Source: Capsulimonadaceae bacterium (GTDB taxonomy: Bacteria; Armatimonadota; Armatimonadia; Armatimonadales; Capsulimonadaceae). From it: a DNA stretch of 64,000 nucleotides. Shown one piece after another: positions 19,752 through 28,389 of the stretch. The notes under the pieces were generated by a model, which saw only the letters and a program-made list of their open reading frames with translations, did no database searches and was not told where the DNA came from. Made by a program: the position numbers and the translations under genes. The stretch is taken from positions 4,352,001 through 4,416,000 of the forward strand of contig OZ244065.1 of the NCBI GenBank assembly GCA_965215505.1, given 5' to 3'. The number at the start of each line of letters is the position of its first letter. Within the stretch, counting starts at the first letter, position 1.

Positions 19752-20190
19752 GCTCATCTGCATCATCCTCTCGGCCCTGGTCGCCGGGGTCTTCTGGGGA
19801 CCCTGGGCGGGCCTGACCCGGTCCAACGCCACCTTCGAGCCGGACGTCTTCCTCGCCATCGTGCGCCGGATGAGCCAGAATCTGGCACCCCTGATGACCG
19901 TCCTGATGCCGGTTGCCCTGCTGTCAACAGTCCCGGTCCTGCTCCTCTCGTACAACGGGCATTCGATGACCTTCTTTCTGACCCTGGCGGGCCTCGCCCT
20001 CTTCATCACCGCCCTGGCCGTGACCATGCTCGTCGAGGTCCCCATCGTCAAGCAGATGGAGGCGTGGACGGTCCCCACGCTGCCGGGCGACTGGCGGCAG
20101 CGCCGCGACCGATGGGGGGCGTTCCACGTTGTCCGAGTGGCCTCGTCCCTTGTGGGCCTTGTCTGCCTCCTGGCCGGGGCGATCTTCTAG
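19732..20190 (+). CDS. DUF1772 / anthrone oxygenase-like membrane protein
   Basis: 4 TM; VEVPIVKQM and RRDRWGAFHVVR; overlaps the monooxygenase end. Confidence 0.7.
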   Translation: MTLKICELICIILSALVAGVFWGPWAGLTRSNATFEPDVFLAIVRRMSQNLAPLMTVLMPVALLSTVPVLLLSYNGHSMTFFLTLAGLALFITALAVTMLVEVPIVKQMEAWTVPTLPGDWRQRRDRWGAFHVVRVASSLVGLVCLLAGAIF

Positions 20191-20234
20191 GGCGTCTCAA
20201 CGCTTCTGCTCCTATAGCCCTTCGTCCACCAGTG

Positions 20235-20813
20235 TTAATGGAGCTTTCCGCCCTTTTCCAGCATTTCGAGCAAGACGGTGAAGCGCCGTGTTCTTATTTC
20301 TGGTTTTCTTGCGGTCTGTAATCGCCAGGCAATTGCGTACACATTTGTTCTGTCGAGTGTCGCAAAGAACGCCTCGGTCTTCTCATTCTGCCGCACGGCT
20401 AATAAGAAATCGTCCGGGATAACCATGTCCTTCGACGAGTCGTAGGCCGCCTGCCAGCGACCATCTTGTTGTGCATCTTCGACTTCAGCAAAGCCGGCCG
20501 GCTGCATCCTTGCCGAGTCGATCAGATGCGCCACCTTCGCGACGTTCCGTTTAGACCACAAGCTTTTAGGCCGCCGTGGTGTAAATTTTTGCAGAAAATA
20601 GTCTTCATTGTAGCTCTTCCGCTGTCCATCAATCCAGCCATAACAGAGCGCCACATCAAGCGCTTCATCGTAGGTGACAGTTGCAATACCAGAAGCTTTT
20701 TTCGCGATCTGTAGCCAGACCCCTTGCTTGGTATGAGAGTGACCTGAAAGCCACTGCTCCCAAGCTAACGAGGATACGAACGATCTGATCTGAGCTTCGG
20801 TATCGCTAGCCAT
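20235..20813 (-). CDS. YdeI/OmpD-associated family protein
   Basis: ALCYGWIDG, FTPRRPKSLWS, QTARKPEIRTRR; start at ATG 20813. Confidence 0.88.
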   Translation of the reverse strand: MASDTEAQIRSFVSSLAWEQWLSGHSHTKQGVWLQIAKKASGIATVTYDEALDVALCYGWIDGQRKSYNEDYFLQKFTPRRPKSLWSKRNVAKVAHLIDSARMQPAGFAEVEDAQQDGRWQAAYDSSKDMVIPDDFLLAVRQNEKTEAFFATLDRTNVYAIAWRLQTARKPEIRTRRFTVLLEMLEKGGKLH

Positions 20814-20893
20814 GATGTGTCCTATTGGGCCTCTGAAGGCGGATGAATGAACTTGACCGTCCATGTTTCCGGGGATGGGTGCGGCCTCCGCCG

Positions 20894-21787
20894 CTACCGG
20901 AACTCTGCGGCATCCGGCCCCATCAGCGCGGACCGTTGCAGCAGCTTCTTGATCGTCCACCCGTCGTCTTGGGTTCCGTTCTCCATGTCGCGGCAGGCCC
21001 CCTCGATGAGCTGTGCCCACCAGAGCGGCGTGATCATCTCCCACTCCTCCGGCTCCAGGGGCGACACCTCGGCATACCCGTGGATGACCTCGTCATACTT
21101 GCCCCGCCAGGAGAGGGCGAAGTCGCCGACGCGGTGGTCCCAATGGCTGAGTTCGAAGTCGAGGATGCCGCTCAAGCGGCCGTCGGCGAAGCGGAGGTTC
21201 CAGGGGGTGAAGTCACCGTGGACGACGAGGCCGGGCCGGGCCGGGAGCTGAAGGCCCGCAACGCGCTCGCGGGCGCGTCCCAGGTGCCACCGGAGAACGC
21301 GCACATCTTCCGGGTATGCCGGCTCATTCCTGGCCAGGGCAGCATCCAGAGCCGGGTCAGCCAGGATTTTCTCACAGCGCCGCCACCCCGCCCGCTGGCC
21401 CATCTCGGGGATCTGTGCCAGACCGGCGTGGAACTGTGCCAGGAGGCGGCCCCGCGCTCGCTGCTCTTCCCGACCGCCGTGCGGGTCAGTCGCCGGGGGG
21501 AGGTCGCCGGGGAGGAACGGGGCGAGGCTCCAGACATGCCCGGCCAGCTCCGTCGGCCCGGCGACCGTAGGCGCGACGGGCCACCCCAGGGCAGCGAGAC
21601 TCGCCACCAGGCGCACTTCGTAGTTGATTAAGGCCCAATCAATCGTGTCCCCCGACTGCCACCACCGGCGCAGCACCCACTGCCGCCGCGACTCGACGAG
21701 CCAGTGCCGGTTGCGCGTACCGCCGAACGGGGCGACGAGGCGGACGCCGAACTGTGCGAGGACTTCATCGTCCGGCGGCATCATCAT
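20894..21787 (-). CDS. APH / homoserine kinase type II-like phosphotransferase
   Basis: VVHGDFTPWN and ILDFE motifs. Confidence 0.8.
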   Translation of the reverse strand: MMMPPDDEVLAQFGVRLVAPFGGTRNRHWLVESRRQWVLRRWWQSGDTIDWALINYEVRLVASLAALGWPVAPTVAGPTELAGHVWSLAPFLPGDLPPATDPHGGREEQRARGRLLAQFHAGLAQIPEMGQRAGWRRCEKILADPALDAALARNEPAYPEDVRVLRWHLGRARERVAGLQLPARPGLVVHGDFTPWNLRFADGRLSGILDFELSHWDHRVGDFALSWRGKYDEVIHGYAEVSPLEPEEWEMITPLWWAQLIEGACRDMENGTQDDGWTIKKLLQRSALMGPDAAEFR

Positions 21788-22389
21788 CAGGATACGTTCA
21801 GCCTCTCTTCAAGTGCCCGCCGGACGCCCGGCCATTCGTCGTCAATGATGCTGAACCGGACGGAGTTCCTCTTGCGCCCGTCCGGCATGATGCGCTCGTG
21901 CCGGATGATGCCTTCCTCTTTCGCCCCGAGACGGAGGATGGCGCGGCGCGACTTCTCATTGATCTCGTCCGTCGTGAACTGCACGCGCACACAGTTAAGC
22001 TCCTCGAAGGCGTAACTCAGCATCAGGAACTTGGCCTCGGTGTTCACGAACGTCCGCTGCCACGAGGCGGAGAGCCAGGTGTGGCCGATCTCCAGTTTCC
22101 TGTTCTGCCGGTCGATCTTCCAGAAGCGTGTCGCGCCCACGATGCGGTCAGCTTCGATGACTCTGACGACGAAGGGGATCACGGTCCCGCTCGCCCGACC
22201 TTCGAGCGCCGCGCGGATATAGCCCTCCACGGTTTCGGCAGAAGGGACGACCGTAAACGGCAGGTTCCAGAGTTCGCCGTCGGCGGCGGCCTCTACCAAT
22301 GTGGAACCGTCCGACGCCAGAAGCGGTCGGAGCTGGACTCTTGGCCCGGTGAGTGTCTCCATCAACGCTGAGGCCATGAATAAATCCAT
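21787..22389 (-). CDS. GNAT N-acetyltransferase (RimJ/RimL type)
   Basis: LEIGHTWL, NTEAKFLML, NEKSRRAILRLGA. Confidence 0.9.
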   Translation of the reverse strand: MDLFMASALMETLTGPRVQLRPLLASDGSTLVEAAADGELWNLPFTVVPSAETVEGYIRAALEGRASGTVIPFVVRVIEADRIVGATRFWKIDRQNRKLEIGHTWLSASWQRTFVNTEAKFLMLSYAFEELNCVRVQFTTDEINEKSRRAILRLGAKEEGIIRHERIMPDGRKRNSVRFSIIDDEWPGVRRALEERLNVS

Positions 22390-22399
22390 ACGCGGCGGC

Positions 22400-22689
22400 T
22401 CATCTCTTCTTCCCGAACAAGTCAGCCACCTGGCTGTGGAAGCCCGGCAGCAGATCGTTCAGGTCAATCTCCCTTGCGAAGTTGTCAGAATACCGTGGTC
22501 GTCGGCATACGGGCCGATGACACGCCCCAACCAGATCACGATCTGGTCATGCTTGTAGCTTGTCGGCACTTCCTTGATTCTCCCGCCCACTAGCTCCCAT
22601 TTGCGCCCGTCGCGGGGCAGGCGTATCAGGTCCTCATCCGTGATTCGCCCTTCCGTGGTTGTCTTTCGTAGTGCCCCAGCAGCGGCCAT
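22400..22689 (-). pseudogene. Uma2-family endonuclease remnant with a large internal deletion
   Basis: N-terminus (LPRDGRKWELVGG...PTSYKH) joined out of frame at ~22471 to the family C-terminus EIDLNDLLPGFHSQVADLFGKKR*. Confidence 0.75.
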
Positions 22690-22806
22690 GGGTGTCCTCC
22701 TGTCTGCTTCTCACTGTCCCCATTATACCGCGCGGCGGGGTGTCCCGTCGCGCCGCCGCTCTTTCCTGTGGTACAATGAAAGGACCCCGATTAGTAAGGA
22801 CCCGCA

Positions 22807-24840
22807 ATGCGCCTTCTGACCATTTTTGCCCTCGGTTTTTCCCTGCTCACACCCTCTTTCGCGGCCCCCGCGCCGCCGGCCTCCGTGCTGGATGCGGCCC
22901 GGCACAAGGTCTACCCGGCCCTCGTCAACATCGCCGTCGTCTTCCGCTACTACAGCAACGGGCGGACGCAGCGCGCCCCGGCGGGCGGCAGCGGCGTCAT
23001 CATCAGCCCGGACGGCTATGTGCTGACCAACTTCCATGTCGCGGGCCACACGACCCACATCACCTGCACCCTGGCGGACGGTGAGGCTCTGGAGGCCCAT
23101 GTGGTGGCCGACGACCCCCTCTCCGACCTCAGCGTGCTGAAGCTGGTCCGGGCCGGCCATGGGCCGCTGCCCTACGCCGCCCTGGGCGACTCGGACAGAT
23201 TGCAGGTCGGGGACGCCGTGCTGGCGATGGGCAACCCGCTGATGCTGTCGTCGTCCATGACCCTGGGCATCGTCTCCAACACCAAGCGCGTCTTCACGGA
23301 CTTTACCGGCACCGAGATGCAGGACGTGGAACTGGACGGCGGCGAGAAGACCGGCACGTTCACCCGCTGGATACAGCACGACGCACTGATCCTGCCCGGT
23401 AACTCGGGCGGGCCGCTGGTGAACCTCGCCGGCGAGGTGGTCGGCATCAACGAATTGGGCGGCGACGGCGTCGGCTTCGCCATCCCCTCCAACCTCGCCC
23501 GGCAGGTCTTCCAGGACGTCATGCACTCCGGCCGGGTGCGGCGCGGCTGGCTGGGCCTGAGCGTCATGCCCGTGGACAAGATGGGGCGGACGACCGGCGC
23601 GCTGGTTTCGTCCGTCACCCCGGCCTCGCCCGCCGCCCGCGCGGGCGTGCAGCCGGGCGACATCCTGCTTGCGCTCGACGACTCCCCGGTCACCGTCCGC
23701 TTCTTCGAGGAGGTCCCCCTGTTCTATCAGCGCGTCGCCCGGCTCCCCGTCGGCCACTCTGCCAGCCTCCGCTTCCTGCGGGACGGCCAGCCGCGCAAGG
23801 TCGTCGTGTCGGTGGCGACGCTGGAGCCGTCGCTGGGCGCGGAACAGGAGTTCCGGGGGATGGGCGTCACGCTCCAGGCCCTCACCCCCGCCATGGCGCT
23901 GGCGCGTCACCTGCCGGACGACCGGGGCGTCCTGGTGACCGGCGTGCGGCCCGGCCAGCCCTTCGAGGCGGCCCAGCCGCCGGTCGCGGCGGAGGACGTC
24001 ATCCTCGCCGTGAACGGCCATTCCACCCCGACCCTCGCCGCCTTCCGCACGGCCGTGGACGCCATCGAGAAGAGTGCCGTGGGCCGCAGCGGCTTCCCCG
24101 TGGCCCTGCGCCGCAAGGACGAGAACCTGATGGTGATCGTCAAGGCCGACACGGACAAGACGCCCGACGACGGCGGCGAGCTGCCCAAAGCCTGGCTCGG
24201 CGTCAAGACGCAGGTGCTGACGCCGGAAGTCGCGGACGCGCTCGGCATGACCGGCCAGACCGGGTTCCGCGTCACCGAGGTCTACCCCTACACCGAGGCG
24301 AGCCGGGCCGGGCTGAAGCCGGGCGACATCATCACCTCGCTCAACGGCACCGCCCTGGAGGCTTCCCACGCCCAGGACGCCGAGGACCTGACCCACGGGG
24401 TCGAGGCATTGGCCGTCGGGGACAAGGCGCAGCTCGGCCTCCGGCGCGGGGCCGTCAAGAGCACCCTCGCCGTCACCCTGGAGCGGACGCCGGACTCGGC
24501 GGTGCAGGCGAAGACCTCCCGCTCCAAGGAGCTTGAGTTCACCACACGCAGCATCACGCTGATGGACAAGGCGGACAACCACTGGCCCGAAAGCCAGCAG
24601 GGCGTCCTGGTGACCGAGGTGACGACGGGCGGCTGGGCCAGCATCGGCGGCCTGCACACCGGCGACCTGATCCTGTCCTTGAACGGCCGCAAGGTGGAAG
24701 ACATCCCCTCGTTCGAGCGCGTCCTGTCGGCACTCGCGCACACGCACCCGAAGGTCGTCACTGTGTTCGTCCGCCGCGACGCCCTGACCCACTTCGTCTT
24801 CATCGAGCCGGACTGGTCCCGTCTGGCCGCGTCCGAATAG
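22807..24840 (+). CDS. Secreted trypsin-like serine protease with multiple PDZ domains
   Basis: Signal peptide; LTNFHV, DLSVLK, PGNSGG; about four GD/ED-I(I/L) PDZ-like units. Confidence 0.88.
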   Translation: MRLLTIFALGFSLLTPSFAAPAPPASVLDAARHKVYPALVNIAVVFRYYSNGRTQRAPAGGSGVIISPDGYVLTNFHVAGHTTHITCTLADGEALEAHVVADDPLSDLSVLKLVRAGHGPLPYAALGDSDRLQVGDAVLAMGNPLMLSSSMTLGIVSNTKRVFTDFTGTEMQDVELDGGEKTGTFTRWIQHDALILPGNSGGPLVNLAGEVVGINELGGDGVGFAIPSNLARQVFQDVMHSGRVRRGWLGLSVMPVDKMGRTTGALVSSVTPASPAARAGVQPGDILLALDDSPVTVRFFEEVPLFYQRVARLPVGHSASLRFLRDGQPRKVVVSVATLEPSLGAEQEFRGMGVTLQALTPAMALARHLPDDRGVLVTGVRPGQPFEAAQPPVAAEDVILAVNGHSTPTLAAFRTAVDAIEKSAVGRSGFPVALRRKDENLMVIVKADTDKTPDDGGELPKAWLGVKTQVLTPEVADALGMTGQTGFRVTEVYPYTEASRAGLKPGDIITSLNGTALEASHAQDAEDLTHGVEALAVGDKAQLGLRRGAVKSTLAVTLERTPDSAVQAKTSRSKELEFTTRSITLMDKADNHWPESQQGVLVTEVTTGGWASIGGLHTGDLILSLNGRKVEDIPSFERVLSALAHTHPKVVTVFVRRDALTHFVFIEPDWSRLAASE

Positions 24841-24880
24841 CAGTCCTCTGACCGTGTTGCTTCCAAGAAAGGCCCTGTTT

Positions 24881-25774
24881 ATGAACCGCCGTATAAAGGT
24901 TTGCATTATCGCAAGCGCGCTCGCCGCGTCCCTCGCCCTGCCCGCCGTCGCCGCCCGCGCCGACGACGTTCCCGCCCAGATCCAGAGCCTCGTCGCCAAA
25001 CAGTCCGCCGCCATCGTGACCGTCAAGGCCGTCCTCAAGATGCAGGCGACGGGCGGCGGTGCCTCCCAGAGCAGCGAGTCCCGGACCGAGATGCAGGGCG
25101 TGGTCGTGGACCCGTCCGGCCTCATCATGGTGTCCAGCGTCCCGTTCTCCCCCGAAAAGCTGATGGAGATGATGGGCATGCCGAAGGACTCCACCTCGGA
25201 CAGCCCCAAGATCACGCCCACCGACTTCAAGGTCGTCTTCGAGCGCGACGAGAAGGAGTACCCCGCCTTCCTCGCCGCCACCGACACCACACTGGGCCTG
25301 ACCTTCATCCAGATCACCGATCTGGCCGGGCGCGTGGTCACGCCCGTCACGTTCGCCGACGCCCCCGCGCCCGCCCTCGGCGACCCCGTTTTCGCCCTGT
25401 CACGCCTCAGCAAAGGCTACGACTACGCCCTGTTCTACGAGAGCGCGCGCGTCAGCGGGTCCATCGCCAAGCCGCGCGCCGCCCTGATGCTGGACGGCGG
25501 GATCTCGGAGCTGGGCCTGCCCATCTTCACCCTGTCCGGTGCCCCCGTCGGCGTCCTGACCAACGTCGCGGCGGGCGTCGCAAGCGGCGAGTCGAACGAG
25601 GCGACGAGCATGCGGATGATGATGCGCCTCTTCGGCGGCGGGGGCGGCGGCAACCGCCCCGGCCTTTTCGTCGTGCCCGGCTCGGTCGTCGGCCCGGTCA
25701 TCGCCCAGGCGAAGGCGCGCGCCGCCGAGATCACCGCCCAGCGCGCCAAGACGCCGGCTGCGCCCGCGAAGTAG
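24881..25774 (+). CDS. Secreted trypsin-like fold protein lacking the catalytic triad
   Basis: Signal peptide; GVVVDPSGLIM, LGDPVFAL, LGLPIFTLSGAPVGV; no TNxH, DLA or GNSGG. Confidence 0.65.
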   Translation: MNRRIKVCIIASALAASLALPAVAARADDVPAQIQSLVAKQSAAIVTVKAVLKMQATGGGASQSSESRTEMQGVVVDPSGLIMVSSVPFSPEKLMEMMGMPKDSTSDSPKITPTDFKVVFERDEKEYPAFLAATDTTLGLTFIQITDLAGRVVTPVTFADAPAPALGDPVFALSRLSKGYDYALFYESARVSGSIAKPRAALMLDGGISELGLPIFTLSGAPVGVLTNVAAGVASGESNEATSMRMMMRLFGGGGGGNRPGLFVVPGSVVGPVIAQAKARAAEITAQRAKTPAAPAK

Positions 25775-25799
25775 GGGAAGAGAAGACTAAGAGAAGAAA

Positions 25800-26450
25800 C
25801 TAGGAGAGGGGAGGGGCCGGTCCGAGTGCGGGCCGGCCCTGTGCTTGAAACCAGCCCAGAAAGGCGTCCGTCCGCGCGAAGTAGTCCGCGATGTCGGCTG
25901 AGGCCAGCAGCGCCCGGATTTCCGGCGTGTCGAAGTCGCGCGTGTTGCCGCTCAGGAAGGCTTTTTCCTCGTCCGGGTTCTGGAGCGCGTGTTCCTGAAT
26001 GACGGTGAGGATCAGGTTGTCTGTCGGGTCCTTGGTCGGCCCGGCAGCGAGGTCGGCGGCAAGAGTCGCCAGGGTCAGCGGCAGTATCTCAGCGGCGAAA
26101 TAACCCGCCTGGAGACCGGCCAATTTCCTTTGAACATCACCCAGGCGATCCCTGATGTCGTTGAGCAGATCAAAGTTTTCCGTCCTTGCTTGCTGGAGAT
26201 GCTGAACGAGAGCCTTGGCGTGGGTGGAGGTAACGTCACGGAGCAGTTGACTGATCTGCATGTCCAGAGTCTGGCGAAAGAAGTTCCTTCGCTTCCGCTC
26301 ATCCTCGAATGAAGACCAGGCTTCCATCAGGCAGATAGCCGGAACAGCAATGCGTAGGTCCGACGATGCGAGATGCAGCAAAGCGTCGGCGTTTGCGTCA
26401 CGGCCCGTCGCAGTCGCCATGATGAAATTGGTTTCGATGTAGAGGATCAT
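25800..26450 (-). CDS. PIN-like domain protein (DUF4935-like)
   Basis: ILYIETNF, CLMEA, DPTDNLI, FLSGNTRDF. Confidence 0.75.
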   Translation of the reverse strand: MILYIETNFIMATATGRDANADALLHLASSDLRIAVPAICLMEAWSSFEDERKRRNFFRQTLDMQISQLLRDVTSTHAKALVQHLQQARTENFDLLNDIRDRLGDVQRKLAGLQAGYFAAEILPLTLATLAADLAAGPTKDPTDNLILTVIQEHALQNPDEEKAFLSGNTRDFDTPEIRALLASADIADYFARTDAFLGWFQAQGRPALGPAPPLS

Positions 26451-26914
26451 AAGCCCCCGCGTGAGGTGGCCTCCTCGTGACGTATGTTTTCCGTCGTGCC
26501 CCCGTCGAGACGTTCCGCCAGACCGATTTTGCCTAACCTGTCGAGGAATGGCGGCGTCTCCGATTTCCACCGATAGGCGACGTCACGCAGCCAAGTCTCA
26601 ACCAAAGCTGTGAGATAATCCCCATAGACCCGTTTCCCGATGAACTCGGGATCATAAAACGAGAGTGCGTCCGCCGTCGGCAGGTGCAGCAGCTCGGACA
26701 GCGCCGCGCCGTCCCACCGGAAAATGCGGATGTCCTCCAGCGTCACCAGCATGGCGTAGGGGAGAACGGTCCCGGCTTCGCGGAGGTCGTCCGTGAGCTG
26801 CTGCCGGTCGTAGATGTTTTCCTTCGGACGCCCCTTCACCTCGATGAGCAGGACGGGCCGGTCCTGGGCGTCCAGGGCGATGATGTCGGCGCGGATCGGG
26901 TTCAGTGTCTTCAT
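26447..26914 (-). CDS. Small PD-(D/E)xK nuclease-fold protein
   Basis: RADIIALD...VLLIEVKG; ATGA overlap with the PIN gene; own TATACT and AGGAG upstream. Confidence 0.65.
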   Translation of the reverse strand: MKTLNPIRADIIALDAQDRPVLLIEVKGRPKENIYDRQQLTDDLREAGTVLPYAMLVTLEDIRIFRWDGAALSELLHLPTADALSFYDPEFIGKRVYGDYLTALVETWLRDVAYRWKSETPPFLDRLGKIGLAERLDGGTTENIRHEEATSRGGL

Positions 26915-26959
26915 GGCGCGTTCTCCTGAGAGGAGTATACCCGGCCCTCGGCGCAGACT

Positions 26960-27922
26960 TCAGCGCGGGACGGGGATCTTGCCCAGGGCCTCCTCGATGA
27001 GCTGGACGCCCGAGACGCCGCCGTACTTGGCTTTCGTGTCCAGCATCATCCGGTGGGCCAGGACCGGGGCGGCCAGGGCGTGGATGTCGTCGGGCAGGAC
27101 GTAGTCGCGGCCTTCCGTCAGGGCGCGGGCTTGGGCGGTGCGGAACAGGGTCAGCGACCCGCGCGGCGAGACGGCCAGCCGGACGCGCGGGTCGGCCCGC
27201 GTCCAGTCCACCAGCCGCAGGATGTACTCGGCAAGGGCGCGGTCCACGCGCACCTCCCGGACCTGCCCCTGGAGGCGCAGCACGTCCGCGCCGGAGATGA
27301 CCGGCTGGAGCGAGTCGAAGGGGTGTTCCCGGCTCTGCCCGTAGAGGATTTCGAGTTCGTGCGACAGGTCCGGGTAGCCCAGCGTGATGCGGACGGCGAA
27401 GCGGTCCAATTGCGCCTCGGGCAGCGGGTAGGTCCCGTGGAAGTCGGTCGGGTTCTGCGTGGCGACCACGAAGAACGGGCGCGGCAGGTCCCGCCGCTTC
27501 CCGTCCACCGTCACCTGCCCCTCGCTCATCACTTCCAGCAGGGCGGACTGCGTGCGCGGCGAGGTCCGGTTGATCTCGTCGGCCAGCACGACGTTGGCGA
27601 AGACCGGCCCCTCCCGGAACGTGAACGAGCCATCGGCGGGGTTGTAGAATGAACTCCCGGTGATGTCGGCGGGCAGCAGGTCCGGCGTGAACTGGATGCG
27701 CCGGAACACGCCGTCCATCGAGCGCGCCAGCGACTTCGCCAGCGTCGTCTTGCCCGTCCCCGGCACGTCTTCGAGCAGGGCATGGCCGCCCGCCAAAAGG
27801 GCCAGCAGCAGCAGGCGGATGGAGTCCGGCTTGCCCCGGATGACCGACGACAGGTTGGCCTCGATCTTCTCGACCGTGCGGGTGAAAGTCTCAGCCTCGG
27901 TGAACTCCGTGAAGACGGTCAT
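26960..27922 (-). CDS. moxR: MoxR-family AAA+ ATPase
   Basis: [39 protein letters not shown]; start at ATG 27922. Confidence 0.95.
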   Translation of the reverse strand: MTVFTEFTEAETFTRTVEKIEANLSSVIRGKPDSIRLLLLALLAGGHALLEDVPGTGKTTLAKSLARSMDGVFRRIQFTPDLLPADITGSSFYNPADGSFTFREGPVFANVVLADEINRTSPRTQSALLEVMSEGQVTVDGKRRDLPRPFFVVATQNPTDFHGTYPLPEAQLDRFAVRITLGYPDLSHELEILYGQSREHPFDSLQPVISGADVLRLQGQVREVRVDRALAEYILRLVDWTRADPRVRLAVSPRGSLTLFRTAQARALTEGRDYVLPDDIHALAAPVLAHRMMLDTKAKYGGVSGVQLIEEALGKIPVPR

Positions 27923-28389
27923 GCGGTTTCCTTTGGATGCAGGTTCTTGCGGTAGTACAAAGCCGTGTCGCCGGGCGGACAGTCTTCCAGCTTGCCGTAG
28001 AGGGTGTAGCCCAGCTTCTCGTAGAAGCCGGGTGCCTGAAACGTGCTGGTGGCGAGCCGGGCGTAGAGGCATCCGCGCTGGTATGCCTCCTCCTCCGCGC
28101 GTCCCACCAGTTCTCTGCCGAGGCCCCGTCCCCGGTGGACTTCCTCCACCCAGAGGACACTGATCTCCAGCCACGCCCGCAGGCCGTGCGTCCGCCCCGT
28201 CAGGCCGCCGACGAGCGCCCCGCCGCCGTCCAGGACGAAGAATTGCAGCGGCATCGGCTGAAACCGCCCGTCCTGATTCTGCTCCCAAAGCGGGGAATGT
28301 GCCCCGTTGTACCCAATCAAGGCTTCCGTCAGGGCGTTCTCCCGCTCCTCGCTCACGGCGGCCTCGAACTCATAGAAGTTTCGCATCAT
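27919..28389 (-). CDS. GNAT N-acetyltransferase
   Basis: LWVEEVHRGRGLG and FQAPGFYEKLGY. Confidence 0.9.
   Translation of the reverse strand: MMRNFYEFEAAVSEERENALTEALIGYNGAHSPLWEQNQDGRFQPMPLQFFVLDGGGALVGGLTGRTHGLRAWLEISVLWVEEVHRGRGLGRELVGRAEEEAYQRGCLYARLATSTFQAPGFYEKLGYTLYGKLEDCPPGDTALYYRKNLHPKETA

Noticed and set aside
27923-28288. N-terminal extension of MoxR; likewise the extended nasA (to 62768), paralog B (to 63481) and the 31719-33395 ORF
   Set aside because: The extensions overlap neighbouring real genes and look like alternative-frame sequence
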